64,000 bases of DNA from the NCBI GenBank assembly GCA_023205875.1, contig CP060754.1, positions 1,550,001 to 1,614,000 on the forward strand. Reading direction: 5' to 3'. The notes under the pieces are model-generated. The model saw only the letters and a program-made list of their open reading frames with translations. It did no database searches and had not been told where the DNA came from. A program made the translations under genes and the position numbers. This document shows positions 8,959 through 20,000 of the stretch, piece by piece (the stretch's first letter is position 1; every line of letters starts with the position of its first letter). This stretch comes from Chloropicon primus. Its lineage: Eukaryota.

Positions 8959-11900
8959 ATGTCGAGGGTGGGAGGGAACGGGGCGAGGCTCGTGGCCGCC
9001 CTGCTGAAGAGGGGCCTCGTGGTCGGCCAGGGTTCTGTCGCCCCCGCCACCACCAGCGCCTCCTCGACGACGACGACGTCATCATCCTCGTTGTCCTGGC
9101 TTGGCGCAGCAGCCGCGGCCAACGCTTCTCCCGCTTCTTCTTCTTCTTCTTGGCATCGTCGCGCGTCGTCTTCCTCGTCCGCGGACGTGGACCCCCTGGA
9201 GTACTCGCCTTCCTCGTCGTCGTCGTCCTCGACGACGGACTGGAGGCAGAACAACCGGTTCTACGACATGGCGAGGGAGAACGCGGGGGGCAGGAAGCTG
9301 GAGGAGAACTTGGTGGGAGCGCTGAGTCTGGAGCCCAAGGAGGGGGACGAGTGGGACCAGGAGACCTTCGAGAACGTCGACGGGAGGCGCGTGGAGGACG
9401 GGAGGTACAAGCAGTTCATAGGGAGGCTGGAGCAGGAGGACATCGTGTCCGGGAACCGCGTGCTTTCGGACCCCGTCAGGACGTTCGCGTACGGGACGGA
9501 CGCGTCCTTCTACAGGCTGAACCCCAAGTACGTGCTCAAGGTGGCGAACGAGGACGAGGTGAGGAGGCTCCTGCCCATCGCCAGCGAGCTGAGGGTGCCG
9601 GTCACGTTCCGCGCGGCGGGGACGTCCCTGAGCGGCCAGGCCATCACGGACAGCGTCCTGGTGAAGATCAGCCACCACGGCAAGAACTTCAGGGGCTACG
9701 AGATCAGGAACGGGGGGAAGGAGGTCACGGTGGAGCCCGGGCTCATCGGGGGGGAGGTCAACAGGCTCCTCGCGAGGTACAAGCACGTGCACAAGCTCGT
9801 GGACCAGTACAAGATCGGGCCGGACCCCGCCAGCATCGAGTCGTGCATGATCGGTGGAATCGTGTCCAACAACTCGAGCGGGATGTGCTGCGGGGTGGCG
9901 ATGAACTCGTACCACACGGTCAAGGACCTCAGGCTCGTGTTCGTGGACGGCACCGTCCTGGACACGAGCGACCCGGAGAGCGTCGCGGCCTTCGAGGCGT
10001 CTCACGGGGACCTCCTCAGGAAGGTGAGCGACCTGGCCGCCGAGGTGCAGTCCGACCCCACCCTCGTCGCTCTCATCAAGAAGAAGTTCGCGATCAAGTG
10101 CACGACCGGGTACTCGATCAACGCGCTCGTGGACTCCCCCCCGGACGAGCCCATGAAGATTCTCAAGAAGCTAATGATCGGGTCCGAGGGGACCCTCGCC
10201 TTCGTGTCCAAGGTGACCTTCAACACGGTCCCCGAGTACCCGGACAAGGCGAGCTGCTTCGTCCTCTTCCCGGACATCGAGATGGCCTGCGAGGCGGCCT
10301 TTAGGCTCAGGGAGCAGGGCGTCGCCTCGGCCGTCGAGCTCTTCGACAGGGCGAGCCTGAGGGAGTTCGAGAATGACGACAAGATGCTCAAGCTCGTCAA
10401 GGGCCTCGACTGCTGCGGGGACGGGGCGGCCAGCCTCCTCATCGAGTGCTGCGGCCCGGACGACGCCGACCTCGACAAGAAGTTGAAGGCGGTCACCGAC
10501 CTCCTCAAGCAGGAGAAGATGATCGGGCCGAAGGAGGACACCAAGATGAAGCTGGAGGACTACCCATTCACCAAGGTCGCGGACGAGTACAAGTGCTACT
10601 GGAATGCCAGGAAGGGCCTCATCCCCGTGGTCGGCGGGGCGAGGCCCAACGGGACCTCCATGCTCATCGAGGACGTGGCTTGCCCGGTGGAGAGCCTGGG
10701 AAAGATGACCAAGGACTTGATCAAGATGTTCCAGAAGTACGGCTACGACGACGCCTCGGCGTTCGGCCACGCCCTCGAGGGGAATCTTCACCTGGTGTTC
10801 TCCCAGGGGTTCAGGAGCACCGCGGAGATCGAGAGGTTCGACGCCATGATGCAGGAGATGGCCTACATCGTCGCCACCAAGCACAAGGGAAGCTTGAAGG
10901 CGGAGCACGGAACGGGGAGGAACATGGCCCCGTTCGTGGAGATGGAGTGGGGGACCAGGGCGTACGACATCATGTGGAAGCTCAAGGCGATCTTTGACCC
11001 TGACAACATCCTGAACCCCGGAGTGATCTTGAACAAGGACCCGGAGATTCACATGAAGTCCCTGAAGCAGTCCCCCGTCGCGGACAGCTCTTACGACGTT
11101 GCCAACAAGTGCATCGAGTGCGGGTTCTGCGAGAGTAACTGCCCGGCCAAGGACGTCACCCTGACGCCAAGGCAGAGGGTCACCGTGTACAGGGAGATCA
11201 GCAGACTGAAGGCGAAGGGCAACAGGTCCATGGAGGAGGAGGAGAGGCTCGAGCAGATGGTCGAGGCCTTTGACTACATGGGGAACTCCACGTGCGCCGC
11301 GGACGGCATGTGCCAGGAGAAGTGCCCCGTGAAGATCAATACGGGTGAGCTCATCAAGGACCTGAGGGAGAGGGAGATGGGCGAGGCCAAGAACACTCTT
11401 GCGATGTACGCCGCCAACAACTTTGGGATGGTGAACACGGTGGTTCCTCCGCTCCTAAACACGGTCGACCTCGCTCACGGAGTCCTCGGCTCTTCCATGC
11501 TGGAGGGAACCTCCAGGCTGCTGAACAAGGTCAGTGGCAACATGATCCCGGTGTGGAACAAGTACATGCCAAGGGGCGCGAAGAAGCTCGACACTTCGGA
11601 CTGCGTGAGCAGCCCGGAGGACGCTGACGTCAGGAACTCTGTGGTCTACATCCCCTCGTGCGTGACGAGGATGATGGGACCTGCCAGGGGGGACACGGTG
11701 ACCGAGTCGGTGCACGAGAAGATGATCTCCATCTTGAAGAAGGCGAACTACAACGTGATCGTGCCGGAGGACATCAACAGCATGTGCTGCGGCATGATGT
11801 TCGACAGCAGGGGAAACAGGCCCGCCGCGAACTCCAAGGCCCACGATCTCGAGGGCGTGATGAAGGAGCTCTCCCTCAACGGAAGGGTGCCCATCATTTG

Positions 11901-12357
11901 CGACACCAGTCCCTGCACCCAGACGATGAAGAACAAGCTTCAGGACAAGATGTTGGGCTTCTCCATCTACGAGCCGGTGGAGTTCATCAACCACTTCCTT
12001 CTCGAGAGGCTGGAGTTCAACAAGGTGAAGGACGACATCACCATCCACGTGCCCTGCTCGTCTAAGAAGATGGGAGTGGAGTCCAACTTCAGGAAGTTGG
12101 CTGGCATGTGCGCCGAGACTGTGCACGAGAGCGGCATTCCTTGCTGCGGAATGGCAGGGGACAGGGGCATGAGGTACGAGGAGTTGACCAAGGGAAGCTT
12201 GCAGCACTTGGAGGTTCCCAGCACCTGCACGGATGGGTACTCCACGAGCAGGACTTGTGAGATGTCCCTGTCCCGTCAGAGCGACGTCAACTTCAGGGGA
12301 TTGCTGTACCTGGTCGACGAGGCGACCTCTGCGAAGGTTGACGCAAGACAAAAGTAG
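8959..12357 (+). CDS. FAD + Fe-S D-lactate/glycolate dehydrogenase (fused GlcD-GlcF type, like chlorophyte GYD1), mitochondrial presequence
   Basis: FAD-binding_4 motifs (FRAAGTSLSGQA, GPDPAS, GSEGTL), HALEGNLH and KAEHG, 4Fe-4S motifs CIECGFCESNCP and CAADGMCQEKCP, two CCG domains. Ser/Arg-rich N-terminus from ATG 8959. Confidence 0.92.
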   Translation: MSRVGGNGARLVAALLKRGLVVGQGSVAPATTSASSTTTTSSSSLSWLGAAAAANASPASSSSSWHRRASSSSSADVDPLEYSPSSSSSSSTTDWRQNNRFYDMARENAGGRKLEENLVGALSLEPKEGDEWDQETFENVDGRRVEDGRYKQFIGRLEQEDIVSGNRVLSDPVRTFAYGTDASFYRLNPKYVLKVANEDEVRRLLPIASELRVPVTFRAAGTSLSGQAITDSVLVKISHHGKNFRGYEIRNGGKEVTVEPGLIGGEVNRLLARYKHVHKLVDQYKIGPDPASIESCMIGGIVSNNSSGMCCGVAMNSYHTVKDLRLVFVDGTVLDTSDPESVAAFEASHGDLLRKVSDLAAEVQSDPTLVALIKKKFAIKCTTGYSINALVDSPPDEPMKILKKLMIGSEGTLAFVSKVTFNTVPEYPDKASCFVLFPDIEMACEAAFRLREQGVASAVELFDRASLREFENDDKMLKLVKGLDCCGDGAASLLIECCGPDDADLDKKLKAVTDLLKQEKMIGPKEDTKMKLEDYPFTKVADEYKCYWNARKGLIPVVGGARPNGTSMLIEDVACPVESLGKMTKDLIKMFQKYGYDDASAFGHALEGNLHLVFSQGFRSTAEIERFDAMMQEMAYIVATKHKGSLKAEHGTGRNMAPFVEMEWGTRAYDIMWKLKAIFDPDNILNPGVILNKDPEIHMKSLKQSPVADSSYDVANKCIECGFCESNCPAKDVTLTPRQRVTVYREISRLKAKGNRSMEEEERLEQMVEAFDYMGNSTCAADGMCQEKCPVKINTGELIKDLREREMGEAKNTLAMYAANNFGMVNTVVPPLLNTVDLAHGVLGSSMLEGTSRLLNKVSGNMIPVWNKYMPRGAKKLDTSDCVSSPEDADVRNSVVYIPSCVTRMMGPARGDTVTESVHEKMISILKKANYNVIVPEDINSMCCGMMFDSRGNRPAANSKAHDLEGVMKELSLNGRVPIICDTSPCTQTMKNKLQDKMLGFSIYEPVEFINHFLLERLEFNKVKDDITIHVPCSSKKMGVESNFRKLAGMCAETVHESGIPCCGMAGDRGMRYEELTKGSLQHLEVPSTCTDGYSTSRTCEMSLSRQSDVNFRGLLYLVDEATSAKVDARQK

Positions 12358-12360
12358 GTA

Positions 12361-12402
12361 GGGATAGAAGTGTTGTTTCGGGATAGAAGTGTTGTTTCGG
12401 GA
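12361..12402 (+). repeat. 19-bp tandem duplication in the 3' UTR of the dehydrogenase
   Basis: gggatagaagtgttgtttc x2 followed by ggga, just before TGTAA at 12413. Confidence 0.9.
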
Positions 12403-12412
12403 GGTGTACTTA

Positions 12413-12417
12413 TGTAA
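12413..12417 (+). terminator. TGTAA chlorophyte-type polyadenylation signal (others at 17005, 29195, 34666)
   Basis: TGTAA lies shortly downstream of the stop codons of several + strand genes; UGUAA is the established chlorophyte poly(A) signal. Confidence 0.55.
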
Positions 12418-12508
12418 TTCATTTGATTTGATAAACATTACTTTATTCCCAAGGGAAGTGAACAAAGTGGGTAAGAGAGAAGGGTACAGCAGATGATGGT
12501 GACGATGT

Positions 12509-13921
12509 TCACGACGAGTACTTCTTCATGAATTCCTCGTGGAACTCCGTCAGGCCCTTGACAATGGTGGGGAAGTCCTCCTCGCTTGGCAGGAACGTGG
12601 TCCTGAAGTGGAAGGTTCCCTCCTTCTGGCCGAATCCCGATCCAGCCACAACGCAAACACCAGTCTTCTTGAGGAGCTCGATGCAGTAGAAGACGTCGGG
12701 CTTCTTGCCCAGCGCCTCGGCGGCCTGAACAGCCTTTGGGGGAAGGGTTATGGAGGGGAAGGCGTACATGGCCCCCTCGGCGTCGTTGCACGAGACTCCC
12801 TCGAGGCTGTTCAGGCAGGACACGATCATCTTGGCCCGCCTCTTGAGGGACGACAGGATCGCGTCCCTCTCCTCGCTGTACAGGGCGTAGGAAGGGTCTC
12901 CCTGCTTTGGGGGCTCCATCACCAAGGACATCAGGATCTGCCCGGCAGTGTTGGAGCACAGGTTGACGCTCGCGATCTTGTTCATCAGTCCGCCCACCTT
13001 GTCGTCGAAGCCGACCATCTCCATGTAGCCGCCTCTGCGCCCGCACTCGCCATAGAAGCCCTTGGAGGTGGACTGGAAGCTGACCAGCTGCACCGAGTTG
13101 TACTCGTCCCCCATGCTCCTCAAAACCTTCTTGAAGCTGTTGAACTCCTTTCCCTCGGCGTAGATGTTGTCCTGGTAGACCTCGTCCGCGAGGAGAATGA
13201 GGCCCTCGTCCTTGCAGAACTTGATGATCTCCTTCTGGTTCTCCATGGAGAGCACCTGGCCGGTTGGGTTGCCCGGGTTGATGACGACGAGGGCTCTCAC
13301 CGTCTTTCCCGCGGCCCTGGCCTTGGCGATGCTGGCGGAGAGCTCCTCCACGCCCATGCTCCAGCCCTTGGACTCGTCAAGGTAGTAGGGCGCGAGGGAA
13401 CCCCCGTAGAGGGTCAGGGTCGCCGAGTAGAGGGGGTACTGTGGGATCGGGGTGAGGATCGCATCGCTGTCGTTCCTCAGGAGGACCTTCATGCACATGT
13501 GCACGCCTGGGGAGGCCCCGTCCGTGATGAAGATGGAGTTGGGGTCGCTCGGGAAGCCGTCCCTCGCCTCGATTCCTCTGGCGATGGCCTCCCTGCAGAC
13601 CTGGATGCCCTTGCTCTGGGAGTACGCCCCCGTTCCTCCGGGGCAGGCCGCGAGGAGCGCCCTGGCCCGAGCGATGGCGTCCGAGGGAAACAGCTTCTCC
13701 ACCTCGGGCGACTCGAGCAGGACGGGGCAGTCGCACAGCGCGAGGACCTGCCTGAAGAAGGTGATGGGCTTCTGTCCCAAGCTCTGCGGGTTTCCGATGT
13801 TGCAGTAGATGATCTTCCTCCCCTCGCTCGCCAACTGCGCCGCGATCTGCACGATCTCGCCTCTCACCGCATACTGAGTGTTCACCACGTTCTCGTTCGC
13901 AGTCTCCACCGTCAGTGTCAT
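12509..13921 (-). CDS. Alanine aminotransferase / glutamate:glyoxylate aminotransferase (PLP class I/II)
   Basis: YAVRGE, CNIGNPQ, GAYSQSKG, INPGNPTGQ, ADEVYQDN, STSKG..GECGRRGGY, GSGFGQKEGTFHFRTT. A probable 5'UTR intron (13922-14225) ends immediately before the ATG. Confidence 0.95.
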   Translation of the reverse strand: MTLTVETANENVVNTQYAVRGEIVQIAAQLASEGRKIIYCNIGNPQSLGQKPITFFRQVLALCDCPVLLESPEVEKLFPSDAIARARALLAACPGGTGAYSQSKGIQVCREAIARGIEARDGFPSDPNSIFITDGASPGVHMCMKVLLRNDSDAILTPIPQYPLYSATLTLYGGSLAPYYLDESKGWSMGVEELSASIAKARAAGKTVRALVVINPGNPTGQVLSMENQKEIIKFCKDEGLILLADEVYQDNIYAEGKEFNSFKKVLRSMGDEYNSVQLVSFQSTSKGFYGECGRRGGYMEMVGFDDKVGGLMNKIASVNLCSNTAGQILMSLVMEPPKQGDPSYALYSEERDAILSSLKRRAKMIVSCLNSLEGVSCNDAEGAMYAFPSITLPPKAVQAAEALGKKPDVFYCIELLKKTGVCVVAGSGFGQKEGTFHFRTTFLPSEEDFPTIVKGLTEFHEEFMKKYSS

Positions 13922-14844
13922 CTACGCCACGACGACGATGACGACGACGACGAGAAAAGAAGGTTCGAGCGGACGAAAAGGAGCGAGCGGAAGGCGTCAG
14001 CTTTCGACGAGAGCGAACAAGCAAAGGGAGGAGGAGGAGGATTTTGGTCGTCGTGGGTGATTTTCGCGATAAGATACGCAAAGGCCCGTGTCGTATTCTC
14101 GTGTTTTGTCCCGTTCGTTTTCGTCGTCGTCGTCAGTGCCACCCGTCGCGACGACGACGAAAGCGCACGTGCGGTGAGGGCCGCGAGCAACCTCGAAAAC
14201 GCACCGGGGGTGCGTGACACCTTACCTTGCCTCTCTCTGTCTCGTGTGGTCGCGCGTCTCTCCGTCTTCCTCCTGCCTTGTGCTCCCCGAGAGCCACTTT
14301 CGCTCTGGCGAATTGAGGGCCACAGGATTAGGATTTAGATCTTGGCACGTTTTGAAACGGGAGAGGAGGAAGAGAGGAGGAGGAGGATTGCTCGACATCG
14401 CTTCCTCGGCGGTGGAAAACCGGAGGAAGAAAAGTCGCAGCGAGAATTCCCTTGGCCATCCCCCACAACCAACGACAGCCTCCCCCCGTCCCCCCCCCCC
14501 CTCTCTCTCTCTCTCTGTGTCTCTCTAGGACTCGAGGGGAGACCACCGGTGTGGCCTTGGCGAGCAGAGGAAAAGGAGGAGACGGCCGGGGTTCCGGCGT
14601 GCGTGCACAAGGCGGCTCCTTGGTCTTCTCGACGAGGCAATCGACCGATTCAATGGATTTTGTTTTGGACCTTGGTCCACAACGCCTCGCTCGCTCGCGT
14701 CGAAACCAAGAACTGTTACGTTATAATGATTGGAGAAGGGAACACCCACACAAACACACACACAGACATATGTGTTTTATTGATAGAATAGGCATTATAC
14801 ATGACGCACGCACGCACGCACGCACGCACGCATGTATTTGGTTT

Positions 14845-15627
14845 TTAATCCAAAACGTTGTTCTTCCACAGGCCGTCGTTCAAACAGTGAATGTTCTCGA
14901 CCCCCACCCCTTGGTTCACCGTCCTTATCTCTTCCGTGGACATTGTGGTGAAGCCTATCGCTAGTGCGCACTCCTTGTTCTCGGCGTAGATCGCCACCGG
15001 AGTTTCCTTGTCCACCTCGTCGTGGATGGTGGCCCCCGGACTCGTCAGACCAGGGCACATGATGTTGGCACCGGAGAGGACAAACTTGATGGCACCCGTG
15101 TCGACCCGAAGCTTTGGCATCATCTGTGGGTATTGGTGCAAAAGCCTCAAGGTCGGGAAGTACGGCGTGTCCCTCGTCTTGTAGAACAGAGGGACGTTGT
15201 TCACGCAGACTATCTCCACCTTTCCCTCGCTACAAGCCGTTTTCGCGGCGCGCCACAGGGCACAAGAGTCAGAGCAAGCAGAGCCCGGACCGCGACGGAG
15301 GGCAGAGAGAGAGAGAGAGAGAGAGAGGAATTCGTGTCAGACAAAGAGCAAGAACGCAAGCCAGCCCGCAGCACAGACCGCTAAGACACCCTCGGGGAGC
15401 CAAAAGGAAGCCAAAAAAGGAGGAGGCCCAGCACTTTCGGAACTTTCGAAGACTCACCATTTCGCGATGACCACGTTCTCCTTCTTCGGTATCAGGACGT
15501 CAATCGTCCCTCCCTCTTCCAGCATCGGGTACTGCTCCACTATCTTCGCCCGAATCCCGCGCTGCACCGAAGTCTTCACCTGGGCGAAGGAGCTCACGCT
15601 CTCCTGCTTGGAGAATTTCCTGAACAT
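14845..15627 (-). CDS. MCTS1: MCTS1/Tma20 PUA-domain translation re-initiation factor; exons 15627-15458, 15229-14845 (184 aa)
   Basis: MFRKF...VKTSVQRGIR, FPTLRLLHQYP, VDTGAIKFVLSGANIMCPGLTSPG, HCLNDGLW. A phase-2 intron restores the frame. Confidence 0.95.
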
Positions 15628-16151
15628 CTTGCGTTGTCTCGTCCTCCTGTTCAATTTCAAGGTTACTTTCTGAGAACCACTCTCAACAACGCCCCTTAAT
15701 CAAGCCAGAAGAGAGCTCCCTCGATCGAAAGAGTCCCCGTCTGTCCGTCTCACGAAAACCCAAACACACCACCACCTTTGTTCTCTCCTCCTCCTTTTGT
15801 CTCCCTCTCCCTCTCGCACTTGCTCGACCCTGGCTGCCCTCCTCCAGCACCAAAACCAAAACCCAAAACCCTAACACACAATCGACAACCCCAAGCCAAA
15901 CTCTCTCCCTCTCCCTCTCTCCTCTCTCCCTCTCTCTCCCTCTCTCTCCTCGGTCTCCTCGGTCTCTCTCTCTTTCTTCCCCTTCCACAACGCAACGCAA
16001 CGCACAGACGCCTCCTTCGTGTTCGTTACTAGAGGTTAATTATACATGTTATGTTTGTGTTGGGATAATTAACGTCGTGTGATGAATGTCTTGAGGCGGC
16101 GCGCGCGAGAGAAACGGGGAGAACACACTGCTTGACTCTTGACGACGCGCC

Positions 16152-16916
16152 ATGCCGAAGAACAAAGGTAAGGGTGACGTTCACGAGGACGAGAGGAAGG
16201 GGGGAGGACACGGGAGGGAAGGGGAAACATCTGGCTGCCTCCTCTCTCTCTCTCTCTCTCTCCAGCTCTCTCTTTTTCTCTTTCTCTCCTCCTCCTGAGA
16301 GAGTGGCCGCGAAGTGGGGTCTCTTTGGTTTTTTGTTTGTCTTCTTTCGGGAGGGGAACAAGGACCTCGAGCCGGGACCTCGCGGTCTCCATGGACTGGC
16401 CTCGGCGCGACTCTGTTCTGACTCCTTCTCTTCGTCGCCGTCGTCTTCGTCTCGCGTGAACGTGACGACTCGTCTCTGTCTCTCTGTCTCTGTCTCTCAG
16501 GGAAGGGAGGAAAGAACAGGAGGAGAGGAAAGAATGAGGGAGAGGAGAAGCGTGAGCTGATATTTAAGGAGGATGGGCAGGAGTACGCCCAGGTCCTTCG
16601 GATGCTGGGTAACGGAAGGCTCGACGCCCAGTGCATAGACGGAGTGAAGAGGTTGTGCCACATCCGTGGCAAGATGAGAAAGAAGGTGTGGGTGAGCACC
16701 GGTGATATCATCCTCGTGGGTCTGAGAGACTTCCAGGACGAGAAGGCCGACGTCATCCTGAAGTACAACGCCGACGAGGCCAGAAGCCTCAAGGCTTATG
16801 GAGAGCTCCCAGACAACATCCGTGTCAACGACGCTGAGCCTCTTGACGCCGAGGAGAACGAGAACGACGCCTTCTTCGACTTCGAGGACATCGAGAACGT
16901 CATCGAGGAGATCTAA
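16152..16916 (+). CDS. EIF1A: Eukaryotic translation initiation factor 1A; exons 16152-16167, 16501-16916 (143 aa)
   Basis: [18 protein letters not shown]...[16 protein letters not shown]...[12 protein letters not shown] and an acidic tail. Confidence 0.97.
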
Positions 16917-17063
16917 AGAGGCGAGGCGAGAGCGCTGCTGCTGCCTCTGTCTCCCGGTTGGGCCGATAAAGAGGATGCGTATATGTTTCACCGACTCGGT
17001 AAAATGTAACAAAAGAAAACCCCCACTTTTACACACACACACACACACAAAGTCTCACCTGAA

Positions 17064-20000
17064 TCAAAAGTTGGGGAGGCTCTTCAAGTCAAGCAAGCCG
17101 CCGGGCAAGGAGGCGATGTCCCTCATCATCGCCAGCCTGTTCTTCCGCGTGTCGTCGTCCTCGTCCATCACGAAGACGGAGTTGAAAAAGTTCTCCAGAG
17201 GGGTCTCCAGAGTCCTCGAGGCCGCGACAAACGTCCCAACGCTCACGGCGGACCTGGATCCAGGCCTGGGCTTCATGGCGGCCTCCACCTCCTTGTAGGC
17301 CGCCCACAGCGCCTTCTCTTCCTCTTGCTGGAACAAGCTTTCGTCCACCGCCCAATCCCTGTCCACCTCCTTGCCTGAAACGATCTTGGTCGGCCTGGAG
17401 TAGGAGGCCAACACGCCTGCGAATTCATCCGTCTTGTACAGACCAGCCAGCTCCTTGACGGTGGCGACTGCGAGGTGAGGGTTCTCGTTCCTCTCGGCTA
17501 GAACGGACCTGATGACCTCCCTGGGCGCCCCGTCGTCCGCGAGTAGCTGCTCCAGGCGCCTCACGATGAACTCGTGCGCCTGGCCCCTCTGCTCGCCGGT
17601 GACTTGAATCGGCTGCTTCTCCGCCGCCGCGTCAATGGATTGCTTCAAGTCCAGATCGACCTCGTTCTGTATCAGCGTCTGGAGCATCCCATTCGCGATG
17701 CGCCTGAGGCCGTAAGGATCCGCAGTCGCAGTAGGAGCGCAGCCAGCGGCCACGAGGCCGACCAGGGAGTCCAACCTGTCCGCTACCGCCACGACAATTC
17801 CTGCTTCAGACTTCGGCACAACGTCCGACGCGTTCCTTGGGAGGACTGATTCGAAGACGGCTTCCGCGACGTCTATGGACAAGCCGTCCTTCAGGGCATA
17901 GTGCTTCCCCATCACCCCGGCGAGGGCCGTGAACTCCATCACGACCGAGGTGGCCAGGTCAGCCCTCGAGAGGTGGGAGGCCTGTAGCGCGACTTCCTTG
18001 GCATGGGTTAAATCCATCGCTTCCGCCAGCTCCCCCACCAACGCGTCCGTCCTGTCTGCCTTGTCCAGCATGGTCCCCAAATCCTTCTGGAACATGGTGC
18101 CCTCCAGCAGTGGCCTGAAATCAGAAAGTTTCTTCTCCATGTCGAGCTTGTAAAAGAAGTCGGCATCCTCAAACCTCGCCGTGAGCACGGACTCGTTTCC
18201 TGCCCGCACAGTGTCCTCGTCGATCTCCCCATTCGCGACCGTCACAAACACGGGGAGGAGCTGGCCAGTGTCCCCATCCTCCACGGGGAAGTACCTCTGA
18301 TGCTTCTTCATCACAGTGACAAGGATGTCCTTGGGCAGCTTGAGGAAGTCCTTGTCAAAACCCCCCAAGATGGCGCTCGGATACTCCACCAAGTTGGTCA
18401 CCTCCGGAAGAAGCCCTTCCTTCATGCTCTCAGGGATCTGCCCCCCGCTGGCCCTTGCAAGGTCCTGGGCGTCATCCCATATCACGCCCTGCCTCTCTTC
18501 CATGTCCACCATGATGCGGTTGCTCTCCATCTGCGCGAGGTAGCTCGCGGCAGTTGGAATGTCGATGGACGGGACGTGGAAGCCGTCCCTCAGGCCAAGA
18601 GAGATTCTGCCGCTTGTGACTCCGCAGGCCGTGAAGGGGACCACCTGGCCCCCGTGGATGGCAACAATCCACCTCAGGGGACGGGAGTAGGTGGCCTTGG
18701 AGTTCCATCTCATGCTCTTCTTGAATTGCAGCTTGCTGACGACGTCGGGCAGCCTCGACGAGAGCAACTCGCCGGTCACCTCACCCTGCACTTTCTTCGT
18801 CACCCAGCAGTATTCCGTGCCCTTCTTGTCCGCTTTCAGCTCTATGTCCTCAACGCTCACTCCGTTCTTCTTGCAGTAGCCAAGAACCGCCTTGGTTGGA
18901 TTGCCCTCGCCATCAAAGGCAATGCTCGCCGGAGGCCCTCTCACCTCCTCCACTCGGTCCTCCTGCTTGGGAGCCAGGTTCTTTACGACCACGAAGACTC
19001 TTCTTGGCGCCCCCGACGCCACAACCTCGTCGTAGTCCAAGTGCAAGTCGCCCAGGAGCTCGGTAAGCTTGGAGACGACCTGTTTGCTGACACTGGAGAT
19101 CTCGTCTGCGGGCAGCTCTTCTGACCCGAGCTCCAGCAGGAAGTCATCAGCTCCCAGCAGGGGCTCAAGCTTGCTCGAGCCGCGGGCCTCTTCTCCCTTC
19201 GTGTCAGCCAGCCTGGACTCGCCCAGAGGGAAGCCCAGCTCCTCCCTTCTTTCCACCCAAAGCTCCGCGCAATCCCTGGACAAGTTTCTCATCTGGGCAA
19301 ACAGCTTGGCTCTCTCCGTCACCCCGACGGCCCCCCTCGCGTCGAGGACGTTGAACGCGTGCGAGGCCTTGAGCAAGTTGTCGTACGCGGGGACCGGAAG
19401 ATTTTTCTCGATGAGCTCCTTCCCCTCCTTGTAGAAAAGCTGGAACCGCTGCCTGGTGTCCTCGATCGACGCCTCGTTGATGTTGTAGCAGCTCATCTCG
19501 TACTCGTTCTGAAGAAAGAGCTCTCCGTACGTCACATCAGCGTTGTATCTTATGTCCTTGAAGTGGCTCACGCCCTGAAGGGACATGAGAATCCTCTCCA
19601 AGCCGTACGTTATCTCGACGGACACCGGGTCGGTCTGCATGCCCCCCGCCTGCTGAAAGTACGTGAACTGGGTGATCTCCATTCCATCCAACCAGACCTC
19701 CCAGCCCAGCCCCCAAGAGCCCAACGCCGGGCTCTCCCAGTTGTCCTCCACGAAGCGGACGTCGTGCTTCTTCACGTCTATTCCGAGTGTCTCCAAGCTC
19801 CCCAGCAGCAGCTCTTGCGCGTTCCCTGGCTCGGGTTTCAAGATGACTTGGAACTGGGTGTGCCTCTGCACCCTGTTTGGATTGTCCCCGAAACGCGAGT
19901 CGTCCGGCCTGATGCTCGGCTCGGGATAGCACACGTGCCAAGGCTCCGGCCCGAGGACCCTCAAAAACGTGGCCGGGTTCATCGTTCCCGCGCCCACCTC

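Noticed and set aside
12539..14338. Long antisense ORFs (also 6701-7948, 33492-35093, 42899-45118, 55917-57188)
   Set aside because: These are shadow frames opposite conserved genes, expected with high GC at third positions, and show no protein motifs.
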